Shown: positions 1 to 8,251 of the stretch, in pieces | Position numbering within the stretch: the first letter of the stretch is position 1 | Layout: each line of letters opens with the position of its first letter | Virus record (IMG/VR): IMGVR_UViG_3300020201_000010 | Strand: one strand, 5' to 3' | Origin: a virus | Length of the DNA: 38,049 nt | Notes under the pieces: generated by a model | The model's input: the letters and a program-made list of their open reading frames with translations, nothing else | What the model was told of the DNA's origin: nothing | Databases searched by the model: none | Translations under genes and position numbers: made by a program

Positions 1-2
1 TA

Positions 3-1088
3 AGAAATCCTAGTGAAACTTATATAAAATATAAAAACTATTGCATTAATTGTGATTGGATTGATGATTACTATAAGCAAAAACTATCTAATTGGTTCAA
101 ATGTAATAAAATGGATATAAATAATTATAACCATATGCGCGGAGGATATAAATATTGTAAAGATATAGATTGTATTAGAGGATTATTAGAAAAGAATGAC
201 CAAAATTTTGACTCAAGGATTAGAAATGATAATGAATTGTTTGAAAGCTTGTGCAGAGGATGTTATGTAATTTATAGTAATGATTATGTGCAAAAGAATA
301 TAGAAAGAATTAGAAAAAAAAATAAAAAAAATTTAATATTAAAACAACAAGAGTTTCATAATAGTCCTGGCTATATAGAACGTAAAAAAAATAAAGATTT
401 AAAAAAAATAAAACAAGAATGGAATATTAAATATTGTGAAGGTTGTGATAAGGATCATTTTGATTTAAAAATGTTTGGTATTGCTCATATTAATGATAAT
501 AAAAATATTACATATCATAAATACTGTAATCTATATAAAAACATTACTAATTCTAAAATATTTAAATTCTTTCTTTCTGAATATCCGTTATTAGTTAATC
601 AAAAGTTTATAATTCAATATCAAAAATTCCTAGAATATAAAGAAACATTAAGCATTCTCAGGCAAAAGAAAAATAAAATAAAATCTATGATTAAAAGCCA
701 AATAAGAAATCATTTGCTTAATAAAGATATTAAAAAGAATGGTAAAACAATGGACGTTCTTGGATATACTTCACAGCAAGCTGCTGATCACTTTGAGAGT
801 TTGTTTGAACCGTGGATGAATTGGAAAAATAATAAAATTTATATTGCTAAAGAATGGGATAATCATAATAAAGCTACTTGGGGATGGCACGTAGATCATT
901 TAATTCCACACTCTATGTTTAACTATACTTCGGTTAAAGATGATGAGTTTAAGGCCTGTTGGGCCCTGGAAAACTTAAGGCCATATAGTGGAAAGAAAAA
1001 TGTTGAAGAAGGAGTTTATAGGGCTAGGCATAACAAAGAAGAATATGAAAATTATATGAAACAATGGAGATTAAAAAATAAAAAATGA
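3..1088 (+). CDS. HNH(N)-family homing-type endonuclease, paralog 1 (5'-truncated by window edge)
   Basis: The frame of ORF 111..1088 is open back to position 3 (RNPSETYIKYKNYCINCDW...), so the true start is probably upstream of the window. C-terminal motif HFESLFEPWMNW...WHVDHLIP...CWALENLRP...N; CxxC pairs in the N-terminal half. Confidence 0.8.
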   Translation, partial: RNPSETYIKYKNYCINCDWIDDYYKQKLSNWFKCNKMDINNYNHMRGGYKYCKDIDCIRGLLEKNDQNFDSRIRNDNELFESLCRGCYVIYSNDYVQKNIERIRKKNKKNLILKQQEFHNSPGYIERKKNKDLKKIKQEWNIKYCEGCDKDHFDLKMFGIAHINDNKNITYHKYCNLYKNITNSKIFKFFLSEYPLLVNQKFIIQYQKFLEYKETLSILRQKKNKIKSMIKSQIRNHLLNKDIKKNGKTMDVLGYTSQQAADHFESLFEPWMNWKNNKIYIAKEWDNHNKATWGWHVDHLIPHSMFNYTSVKDDEFKACWALENLRPYSGKKNVEEGVYRARHNKEEYENYMKQWRLKNKK

Positions 1089-1160
1089 TCTTGTTGTAAA
1101 AAGCAAGCATATTAATACTAATATTTAAGCAATTAATTGATAAGAGAACCATGAATATTT

Positions 1161-1174
1161 TAATATTATGGTAT
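1161..1174 (+). promoter_or_regulatory. Candidate phage late-promoter motif TAATATTATGGTAT upstream of sheath
   Basis: 13/14 identical to TAATATTATTGTAT at 8174-8187 upstream of the tube gene; related TAATATT cores at 1119 and 6504. Confidence 0.3.
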
Positions 1175-1218
1175 GACTTCAAAGTTTAATTTTAATTGCT
1201 CAATAAAAGGATCATTTT

Positions 1219-3672
1219 ATGCCTAATATCCCCGGTAATCCTATTCTACCTGGTACGTACAGTGAAATCCAAACACTTACTTCCGGAGTTTCACTTCCCG
1301 GTAGTACTCGTTTGGCAGTTCTGCTCGGCGAAGGAGCCCGAGTCGAAACGCTTATTGCTTCCGCCAATGGCTTCGGTAATGACGGTTTAAATTCCACATT
1401 TACATCTAATAATGGAGCAGATGGTCGCCATTTTAGACTTTCAAATGCACCAATTATTTCAAATAGAACAACTCTATTTCGTAATGGTATACCCCTTGTT
1501 GGTACACAAGGCACTAATAACAGTACAGCTTTCGCTACCAACTTTGATTACCGTCTACAAATTTCCAACGGGTCAATTGAACTTCAGGCAGCTTCTCTCG
1601 TTGATCAGGGAGGATCTTACTACCTTACCGGTGCATTAAACTCAGGTAACGGAGTTATTAATGATCTTACTTTAACCGATGCAAATGCTCCAACTGAAAC
1701 TTGGACTCTGCGCTGTGTCTCAGCCCGTAGAGATGGTTATGGTAATGCAATAGATGGTTATTCAAAATTTACAGCCCAAGGATCCGTTTCGGGTAATGTT
1801 CTTGATGGTTATGGCAACGTTATTATTTGGCAATCAAATGAAATTGTTAGAACAAACGGCATTTTATCATTTTCAATTGAAGATGGCTCAACGGTGTTTG
1901 TTGAGGGTGACCGATTTACTGTGCTGGTTGCAGGTGGTGCACTAACAACAGGAGAATCATTAGTTGCCACTTATATAGCTGTTACCGATATTAATTCACC
2001 AACACTTTTTACAAACATTAATGACCTTGTATCAAAACATGGATCACCAAGCTTATCAAATACATTATCATTGGGCGCACAGCTCGCGTTTGCAAATCAA
2101 CCTCCTGGTATTTATGCTCAGCAATGTGCACCTCCATTACCACGTAGACTTTCCTATGTGCTAGATGAATCATCAACCGGTGAAACTAATCTTGAAGATT
2201 TAGAATTTACACTGCCTCTAAATGTAACACCTGATTTTGATAGTCAAATTAATTTCTTTGTAACAGATCCTATTACAGGAGTTGAAACACAACTTTTACC
2301 AAATAAAGTTGCGTTTTATGACCCAACCATAACAGCTAATCCAAACTCATTCGTATTTGGATCCGGTTATACATATTCCTATACAGTAATTCTAACTGAT
2401 TCAATTCAAAAAGAAGGAACTGATGGTGTATTAACAATTGTTAACGGAACTCATGCTAAATTAAGTTCAGCATCTGTAACGTTTGACATTTCTGATTTAA
2501 GCGCAACAAGAAGTATTAAAATATTTGATGCCAACAACGCTCAAAATAATGGTACATTTTTAATCACAGCAGTTGCAGATGGCATCGTGACCATTACAAG
2601 AGCTGGAGGTTTCGTAGCTGAGACTAGCTTGAGTTTCCAGGATATTGATTCGTCAACAGAAAGCTCAATAGTGTTATTTACTGATGATTTAGCTCTAGCA
2701 GCTGGTCAATCATTACGATGCACACTTGTTGATGTAAAAGATGCTGATTTCTTTGACCCAGGTTGGATTGCAGCCTATGAAGAACTTGAAAAAATTAATA
2801 TTGACATTGTTGTTCCGCTGCCTAATCAGTTAATGTCTCAAGTCTTTGCAAATGGTAAACAACATGTATTAGCAATGAGTAATATTAAGAACCGTAAAGA
2901 GAGGGTATTATTTATTGGTGCAATTCAAGGATTAACGCCTGCAAATGTTATTGGAACTCAACTCGCTGCAGTAGAAGATATTGGCGTATTAGAAGGCATT
3001 CAAGGAGATGATACTGACGAAGTGTTAGCAGGGTCAATTGAAGATTTAACTGACTATGGCGTTCAAAATTCTTATGGTGACACATTTAGAGTTGTTTATT
3101 TCTACCCTGATGAGATTGTAGTAAATATCGGAGCTGACAGAACATTAGTAAGTGGTTATTACATTTCCGCTGCTGCTGCTGGTTTTCTTTCTGGGATTCC
3201 AAATGTTGCCGTTCCTTTGACTAACAAAACATTATCTGGTTTTGCTATTCTTCGAGATAAGCTTTACCGTCCAATAACACTAGAACAACTAGTTAGTGCA
3301 GGAATAACAGTATTACAGCCAGCTGTTGGTGGCGGACGAATTATTAAAGGACAGACTACAACCAACAGTGGATTTGTTGAGGAACAAGAGATTTCAATAA
3401 TATTTATTCGAGATCGTGTTGCAAAAGCAATGAGGGCAGGATTTCAAGGTTTTATTGGTCAAGCTGATGCCAAGACGGTTCAGGGAGCTATGGTGTCAAG
3501 AGCTGTTGGCTTACTAAATGGCTTTATTGGTCAAGGTTTAATTTCAGCATATAAGGGTTTGAAAGTTTTCAGAGACACTGTTGATCCAACGCAATGGAAT
3601 ATCAGTGTAAGTGTACAGCCTATATATCCAATAAACTATGTGTTCGTTAAAGTATCAATTGGATTGATTTAA
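1219..3672 (+). CDS. Contractile tail sheath protein (817 aa) with inserted outer beta-domains
   Basis: AAGGA RBS; N-terminal PGTYSE motif; C-terminal sheath signature (AAAAG...PLTNK...LVSAGITVL...GQTT...EISIIFIRD...FIG...V.VQPIYPINYV.V). Confidence 0.92.
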   Translation: MPNIPGNPILPGTYSEIQTLTSGVSLPGSTRLAVLLGEGARVETLIASANGFGNDGLNSTFTSNNGADGRHFRLSNAPIISNRTTLFRNGIPLVGTQGTNNSTAFATNFDYRLQISNGSIELQAASLVDQGGSYYLTGALNSGNGVINDLTLTDANAPTETWTLRCVSARRDGYGNAIDGYSKFTAQGSVSGNVLDGYGNVIIWQSNEIVRTNGILSFSIEDGSTVFVEGDRFTVLVAGGALTTGESLVATYIAVTDINSPTLFTNINDLVSKHGSPSLSNTLSLGAQLAFANQPPGIYAQQCAPPLPRRLSYVLDESSTGETNLEDLEFTLPLNVTPDFDSQINFFVTDPITGVETQLLPNKVAFYDPTITANPNSFVFGSGYTYSYTVILTDSIQKEGTDGVLTIVNGTHAKLSSASVTFDISDLSATRSIKIFDANNAQNNGTFLITAVADGIVTITRAGGFVAETSLSFQDIDSSTESSIVLFTDDLALAAGQSLRCTLVDVKDADFFDPGWIAAYEELEKINIDIVVPLPNQLMSQVFANGKQHVLAMSNIKNRKERVLFIGAIQGLTPANVIGTQLAAVEDIGVLEGIQGDDTDEVLAGSIEDLTDYGVQNSYGDTFRVVYFYPDEIVVNIGADRTLVSGYYISAAAAGFLSGIPNVAVPLTNKTLSGFAILRDKLYRPITLEQLVSAGITVLQPAVGGGRIIKGQTTTNSGFVEEQEISIIFIRDRVAKAMRAGFQGFIGQADAKTVQGAMVSRAVGLLNGFIGQGLISAYKGLKVFRDTVDPTQWNISVSVQPIYPINYVFVKVSIGLI

Positions 3673-3713
3673 TAATTAGTTTAGATATACTTATATAAAT
3701 ATTAGTAAAGATT

Positions 3714-3747
3714 AAACCGATCATTTTCTTTTGAACTTGATCGGTTT
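3714..3747 (+). terminator. Inverted repeat / putative intrinsic terminator after sheath gene
   Basis: AAACCGATCA (3714-3723) and TGATCGGTTT (3738-3747) form a perfect 10-bp stem with a 14-nt loop, followed by TGTGTT. Confidence 0.5.
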
Positions 3748-3760
3748 TGTGTTATATAGT
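3731..3760 (+). promoter_or_regulatory. Possible sigma70-like promoter for HNH paralog 2 (leaderless)
   Basis: TTGAAC-N16-TATATA (or N18-TATAGT) with TGn extension, just before ATG 3765; same TGTTATA-N8-ATG spacing as the promoter at 6453-6480. Confidence 0.35.
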
Positions 3761-3764
3761 ATAT

Positions 3765-4910
3765 ATGCCTGCTAAAATTATAATACCTGAAGAAATATTA
3801 GAACAAGCATTTAAATTATATAAAAATAATATTAGTTGTAAGAACGTAGCCAAACAACTTAAGATATCAAGTACAGCTTTAGCCAGGGTTTTACGAGATA
3901 ATAATTTATTATCTATTAGACCAAAAAATGGCCCGAACGCTCCAAGATTAACAGATAAAAATTATGAAGATATAAGAAAACTGCATAGAGATGGTTTAGG
4001 CATTAAGAAAATAGCAAAAAAATTAAAATTTAATTATGGTCAGATTAAAAAAGCATATTTAGATATGGGTTTGCTTAAACAAATTTACACATATCCGGAA
4101 AAAGAAAGAAATAAAAATAAAAAATGTAAAATTTGTTTTTTTACAAAAGATATTGAAAGTTTTTGTGCTGGTATTCGTGAAGGGAAAACTAGGCAGGTTA
4201 AAGCTTACTATAATACTTGTCAGGAGTGTTTGATAATATTTGGTAAGTTATTTTCTCGTGCATGTTATTATGATAATGCCACGTTAAAATTAATATATTA
4301 TAAAAAAGATTTATATGGAGCTTACTTATATTATCAAGATTATAAATTATTTTTAGATTATATAAAAATAGCTTATAATGATTTTAACGATCCTTATAAA
4401 ACATCTGCTAGATTAGTTATTAAAAGTAAAAATACAAATGTTCAACAGCGTAAAAGGCGCGGAGAAAATGATAGAGATTATATTAGAGCAAAAACAATGA
4501 GATATTTAAAAGAATGTATATTTAAAGATTCTCCTAGAAAAAAAGTTGATAATTTTTTAAAGGATCATCTTGGTTATAGCTCAAAAGAATTTAAAAAACA
4601 TATATTTTCATTAAAAGAAGATTGGATGATAATCGAAAAGTCTGGATATGGAGCATATAGATTATCATCATGGGATGATAATGATTCATCAACATGGGTA
4701 TGGCAAATAGATCATATTAACCCTGTTGCTAATTATAAATATAATTCTGTAGAGGATCTGCAATACAAAGAGTGTTGGAGTTTGGAAAATTTACGCCCAT
4801 TAAATGCAAAGATAAATTGCCTAGATGGAACAAGAGGCATAAGGCATAATAACAGAATCATTCGTGGTCAAGAAGCGAAAAACTTAAAAAATATTATCAC
4901 TTCACAATAA
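3765..4910 (+). CDS. HNH(N)-family endonuclease, paralog 2, with N-terminal HTH repeats and CxxC zinc ribbon
   Basis: Likely start ATG 3765 (MPAKIII) rather than TTG 3747; two HTH-like segments (CKNVAKQLKISSTALARVL; IKKIAKKLKFNYGQIKK); CKIC...CQEC; WQIDHINP...CWSLENLRP...N. Confidence 0.8.
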   Translation: MPAKIIIPEEILEQAFKLYKNNISCKNVAKQLKISSTALARVLRDNNLLSIRPKNGPNAPRLTDKNYEDIRKLHRDGLGIKKIAKKLKFNYGQIKKAYLDMGLLKQIYTYPEKERNKNKKCKICFFTKDIESFCAGIREGKTRQVKAYYNTCQECLIIFGKLFSRACYYDNATLKLIYYKKDLYGAYLYYQDYKLFLDYIKIAYNDFNDPYKTSARLVIKSKNTNVQQRKRRGENDRDYIRAKTMRYLKECIFKDSPRKKVDNFLKDHLGYSSKEFKKHIFSLKEDWMIIEKSGYGAYRLSSWDDNDSSTWVWQIDHINPVANYKYNSVEDLQYKECWSLENLRPLNAKINCLDGTRGIRHNNRIIRGQEAKNLKNIITSQ

Positions 4911-4954
4911 CTTTAATTATTTTCACTAAAATATAATTTGATACTGAGTATTAT

Positions 4955-5377
4955 TTAATCTATAATATCTTCTATCATTAAATCCATCAAAGCTTTATTC
5001 ATACCTGGAATTAATTTACATACTTCCAATATTTTTGTGTTTTTCTCCTGAGTAAGGCTAAAACTTTGATGGTTTTTCATATTTGTTAGCACGAAATTAA
5101 TTAAATATTGTTTATCTAGTTTATAGATGCGTTTAATTATTTTTTCGGTATCTGATTTAAAAAAACTTAAGCAAAGAAACATGTCACAAACATTCTTGGA
5201 TTTTAACAGTTGATTTTCAAGTTCTTCGGAATAACCAAAATGTAAAGCTTGAGAGTAATAACTTTTTGAGTCTAGTTTTTTAAGTATAGATAAAATAATA
5301 GGTTTTTCTTTTTCTGAAATAAATAAAGAATTATTTAATTTTGAAAGAAAAAATTTTTTGAGATTAATAATATTCAT
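4955..5377 (-). CDS. Small hypothetical protein (140 aa) ending in shared C-terminal motif ...LMIEDIID
   Basis: Last gene of a tightly packed five-gene antisense cassette; no family recognised. Confidence 0.75.
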   Translation of the reverse strand: MNIINLKKFFLSKLNNSLFISEKEKPIILSILKKLDSKSYYSQALHFGYSEELENQLLKSKNVCDMFLCLSFFKSDTEKIIKRIYKLDKQYLINFVLTNMKNHQSFSLTQEKNTKILEVCKLIPGMNKALMDLMIEDIID

Positions 5378-5386
5378 ATAACTAAT

Positions 5387-5638
5387 TTATTCTATAATTT
5401 TTTTAATTAAGTGATTATTGATTTTCTGTTGAATGAGTGGAAGAGAAAAATAATTCGTAGTGGGGCAAGCTCTATTTTCTTTATTATGAACAGGTTTTAA
5501 ATACCCTTTAGATATAAGATTTATACAAGTAACACTATGCTGATCTTTAATATGAGGATAGTAAGTTATCCATCTATGTTTATTATTAATATCAAAAAGA
5601 TAATTTAAGATAAAAAGTTCTTGTTCTGTAAAGTTCAT
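5387..5638 (-). CDS. Small hypothetical protein (83 aa), possible winged-helix; ends ...HLIKKIIE
   Basis: N-terminus MNFTEQELFIL and internal NLISKGYLK resemble the neighbours at 5893 and 6141. Confidence 0.75.
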   Translation of the reverse strand: MNFTEQELFILNYLFDINNKHRWITYYPHIKDQHSVTCINLISKGYLKPVHNKENRACPTTNYFSLPLIQQKINNHLIKKIIE

Positions 5639-5680
5639 TCTATCATATCATTTGTGTAGATGCAAGTTAAATATAACTTT

Positions 5681-5896
5681 TTACTTTATAATGTTTGCTA
5701 TTAAAATTTCATCATGACTAAAAACTTTTGAAACATTATATTCATGATCTCCAATTTTTAAATATAAATATTCTTCAGCTTTTTTTCTAGATGTAAAACT
5801 AATACCATCTGATATATTTACACTATCTGCTAAATGACGTTCTTTAGGCCAAAATCTTATCATATCCTTGGAGTAAGAGCCAATATAATATTTCAT
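5681..5896 (-). CDS. Small hypothetical protein (71 aa); ends ...ILIANIIK
   Basis: ATGA overlap with the upstream gene; contains F.SRKKAEEYL, a motif type common in small phage proteins. Confidence 0.75.
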   Translation of the reverse strand: MKYYIGSYSKDMIRFWPKERHLADSVNISDGISFTSRKKAEEYLYLKIGDHEYNVSKVFSHDEILIANIIK

Positions 5897-6141
5897 TCTA
5901 TAATATCCTTAATTAATTTTTCATTTTTCCACTTCTCAATTAATAGTTCGGGAGGATTTTTCATTAAAGATACTTTGTAGCACTTATTTGCATATATTTT
6001 TTGATCAATTTTAACATATTTTAATTTTTCAAGATCGATATATGTTTTTATTAAATATTTATCGTGTTTTTCAATATAAAGCCATTTATTTATACAATAC
6101 CAAATAGCTTGTAATGCATGTTCTTGATTATAAGTAAACAT
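5893..6141 (-). CDS. Small hypothetical protein (82 aa), possible winged-helix; ends ...KLIKDIIE
   Basis: TAATG overlap with the upstream gene; MFTYNQEHALQ...DLEKLKYVKI. Confidence 0.75.
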   Translation of the reverse strand: MFTYNQEHALQAIWYCINKWLYIEKHDKYLIKTYIDLEKLKYVKIDQKIYANKCYKVSLMKNPPELLIEKWKNEKLIKDIIE

Positions 6142-6446
6142 TATTGAATTATATTCATAATTAATATTTCAGAATCAAATTTATTTTTTAATTCTTCAGA
6201 TAAAGTTAACTCAAACAATATATCATACATTTTTATACTTGATATTTTAATTAAACCAAGATTTTCAAAATCTGTAAATATAGCTAAATCTGTATACTTA
6301 GAACATAATAAATTGCCATCATTATAATACTCTACTGTTTTAAAATCAGTGTCATAATTTTGATAAGGAGATGTTTCAGCAACTGCATTTACAGTACAAA
6401 GTTCATACCATGTTCTTAATTGTTCTTCTTGGTCAGGAGTTAACAT
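6141..6446 (-). CDS. Small hypothetical protein (101 aa), possible winged-helix; ends ...ILIMNIIQ
   Basis: First gene of the antisense cassette; MLTPDQEEQLR...DFENLGLIKI. Confidence 0.78.
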   Translation of the reverse strand: MLTPDQEEQLRTWYELCTVNAVAETSPYQNYDTDFKTVEYYNDGNLLCSKYTDLAIFTDFENLGLIKISSIKMYDILFELTLSEELKNKFDSEILIMNIIQ

Positions 6447-6452
6447 ATTTTC

Positions 6453-6480
6453 ATTATAACATATAGTGGCGTAATTGCAA
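6453..6480 (-). promoter_or_regulatory. sigma70-type promoter with extended -10 driving the antisense cassette (predicted leaderless mRNA)
   Basis: Minus strand reads TTGCAA-N16-TATAAT with TG one base before the -10; ATG at 6446 lies 6 nt after the -10; no SD. Confidence 0.7.
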
Positions 6481-6629
6481 TGGTAAAAACGTGACTATGA
6501 TACTAATATTTTATTTTATATATTCTTGCAGAACCAGATTTCGATAAAGTTTGAATTTATTATGTTTAATATTATTTAAATTTACAACTTCAAATAATTT
6601 TAAACAGGCTCATAATAGAAAGGTTTAGT

Positions 6630-8195
6630 ATGAAGTTCAAAGAATTAAACAATGAACAAAAAGATGAAATTAAAAGATTACATTCTGAAAATTTAACAGC
6701 TAATGAAATAGGAAAGCGTTTAGGCGTCACTTGCACCAGTATGATCGGTTTTATTAATAAGCTTAATTTAATTCCTAATCGAATAAAAAAAGCATATCCG
6801 GATCAGGAATTTAAAAATTTAATTATTAAAGAGTATAATAAAGGTAAGTTTGAGAGGAGAATAAGTACAGAGAATAATATAAATATTTCATTAGTAAGAA
6901 ATACAATTGATTACTATATTAAGCATCACGGTTTAATTAGAAATAAATTTGAGCCGCGACCACAAAATTTAACTCAAAGTGTAGTAAAAATGTATAAAGG
7001 TTCAGACCGCCCATCTATTGGCAGTATAGCAAAGTTCTTTAATCGTGATAAGAAAACTATAAGAAAATGTTTACAAGAAGCCGGATTAAAAATTACATGT
7101 ATCAGAAAAAATAAAAAAAACGACTTTTTATATGATATTGGTTTAAGAAAGTGTAAAACTTGTTCATCCATCAAGAAAACAAACTGTTTCCCAGGCCGAA
7201 AGATAGAGTGTTTAAAGTGCGTTAGCCTTTGGGGTCGTTTATATAATATATATAAAAGCACAAATTATCTTAAAGTTTTTGATCTAATTATGAATAAGGA
7301 TTTGAAAAACGGTATAGAATATTATAAAAAATATGAGCTTGATATTAGTGAAAAAAAGAAAATAGAAAAAAAATTATATGAATCAACTTTAAAATATAAA
7401 TGTGCAAAATTTTATCCAATTATTAATGAAAAAAGAGAATGTGCCACATGTCATTTTGTTAAAGATAAGATATGTTTTATATCAGGGCCTAATAAATCTA
7501 CAGATAGAATATGTACTATGTGTCAAGATCTTTTTGCAAAAATAAAAAATTATTCAAATAACAAACTTGATCTTAGTAAAAATAATACTGAATTATTATT
7601 GGATATTTATAATAATAAAAAATGGCATGATGCTAAAAAATATTGTGAATGGAGGTCTGGTTATAAAAAAGAAATTACTCTGTCTAAAGAACCATCAAGA
7701 ATTATTAGAAAATCGGTTTCTTGTGCAATAGAACAATATTTTTCTAATAAGAATTTAAGCAAAGGGTCATCTTGCTTTGAAAAACTGCCATTTACAGTAA
7801 AAGAGTTGAGAGATCATTTCGAATCTCTCTTTGAACCGTGGATGAATTGGAACAATCACGGTTCTTATAGTAAAGCAACCTGGGATGATAACGATAAATC
7901 AACCTGGTTATGGCAAACTGATCATTTTACCTGCCACTCCATGTACGAATACTCAACTATGAATGATGAACATTTTAAAGCATGCTGGGCTCTTAGTAAT
8001 CTTCGACCTTATTCTGCGAAACAAAATGTTATCGATGGTTACAGTCGAATCAGGCAAAATCATATTTTGTTCAATACATATATTAATGAATGGAGTAAAA
8101 ATAAAAATATAATATTAAAACAAGAATTAAATATAAATTACAATTTTGAAAATAGAAATCCGGTTATAATAGGTAATATTATTGTATCTCTTTAG
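6630..8195 (+). CDS. HNH(N)-family endonuclease, paralog 3 (521 aa), with HTH repeats and two zinc-ribbon-like CxxC..CxxC units
   Basis: TANEIGKRLGV and IGSIAKFFNRDKKTIRKCL HTH-like segments; CKTC..CLKC and CATC..CTMC; HFESLFEPWMNWNN...WQTDH...CWALSNLRP...N. Confidence 0.82.
   Translation: MKFKELNNEQKDEIKRLHSENLTANEIGKRLGVTCTSMIGFINKLNLIPNRIKKAYPDQEFKNLIIKEYNKGKFERRISTENNINISLVRNTIDYYIKHHGLIRNKFEPRPQNLTQSVVKMYKGSDRPSIGSIAKFFNRDKKTIRKCLQEAGLKITCIRKNKKNDFLYDIGLRKCKTCSSIKKTNCFPGRKIECLKCVSLWGRLYNIYKSTNYLKVFDLIMNKDLKNGIEYYKKYELDISEKKKIEKKLYESTLKYKCAKFYPIINEKRECATCHFVKDKICFISGPNKSTDRICTMCQDLFAKIKNYSNNKLDLSKNNTELLLDIYNNKKWHDAKKYCEWRSGYKKEITLSKEPSRIIRKSVSCAIEQYFSNKNLSKGSSCFEKLPFTVKELRDHFESLFEPWMNWNNHGSYSKATWDDNDKSTWLWQTDHFTCHSMYEYSTMNDEHFKACWALSNLRPYSAKQNVIDGYSRIRQNHILFNTYINEWSKNKNIILKQELNINYNFENRNPVIIGNIIVSL
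8174..8187 (+). promoter_or_regulatory. Candidate phage late-promoter motif TAATATTATTGTAT upstream of tube
   Basis: Near-identical to the motif at 1161-1174 upstream of sheath; lies inside the last codons of the HNH gene. Confidence 0.3.
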
Positions 8196-8211
8196 AAAGA
8201 ACTATATTTTA

Positions 8212-8239
8212 ATTATGTTTTTGATTATGTTTTTGATTA
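8212..8239 (+). repeat. 12-bp tandem direct repeat (ATTATGTTTTTG)x2 + ATTA
   Basis: Read directly, immediately upstream of the tube RBS (AAAGGA). Confidence 0.85.
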
Positions 8240-8251
8240 AAAAGGATAAAT

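Noticed and set aside
5625-5665. Second sigma70-like promoter (minus strand TTGCAT-N17-TAGAAT) before the 83-aa ORF
   Set aside because: The best -10 overlaps the ATG at 5638, and the alternative TATGAT is only 12 nt from the -35; the geometry is ambiguous.
4955-5910. Plus-strand TATAAT boxes at the ends of four small ORFs as antisense promoters
   Set aside because: They are the reverse complement of the Ile-Ile codons ATT-ATA in the C-terminal tag; the fifth ORF uses other codons, and I saw no consistent -35.
8212-8239. 12-bp repeat as a target-site duplication of a transposon
   Set aside because: The copies are adjacent rather than flanking an element and there is no transposase; more likely replication slippage.
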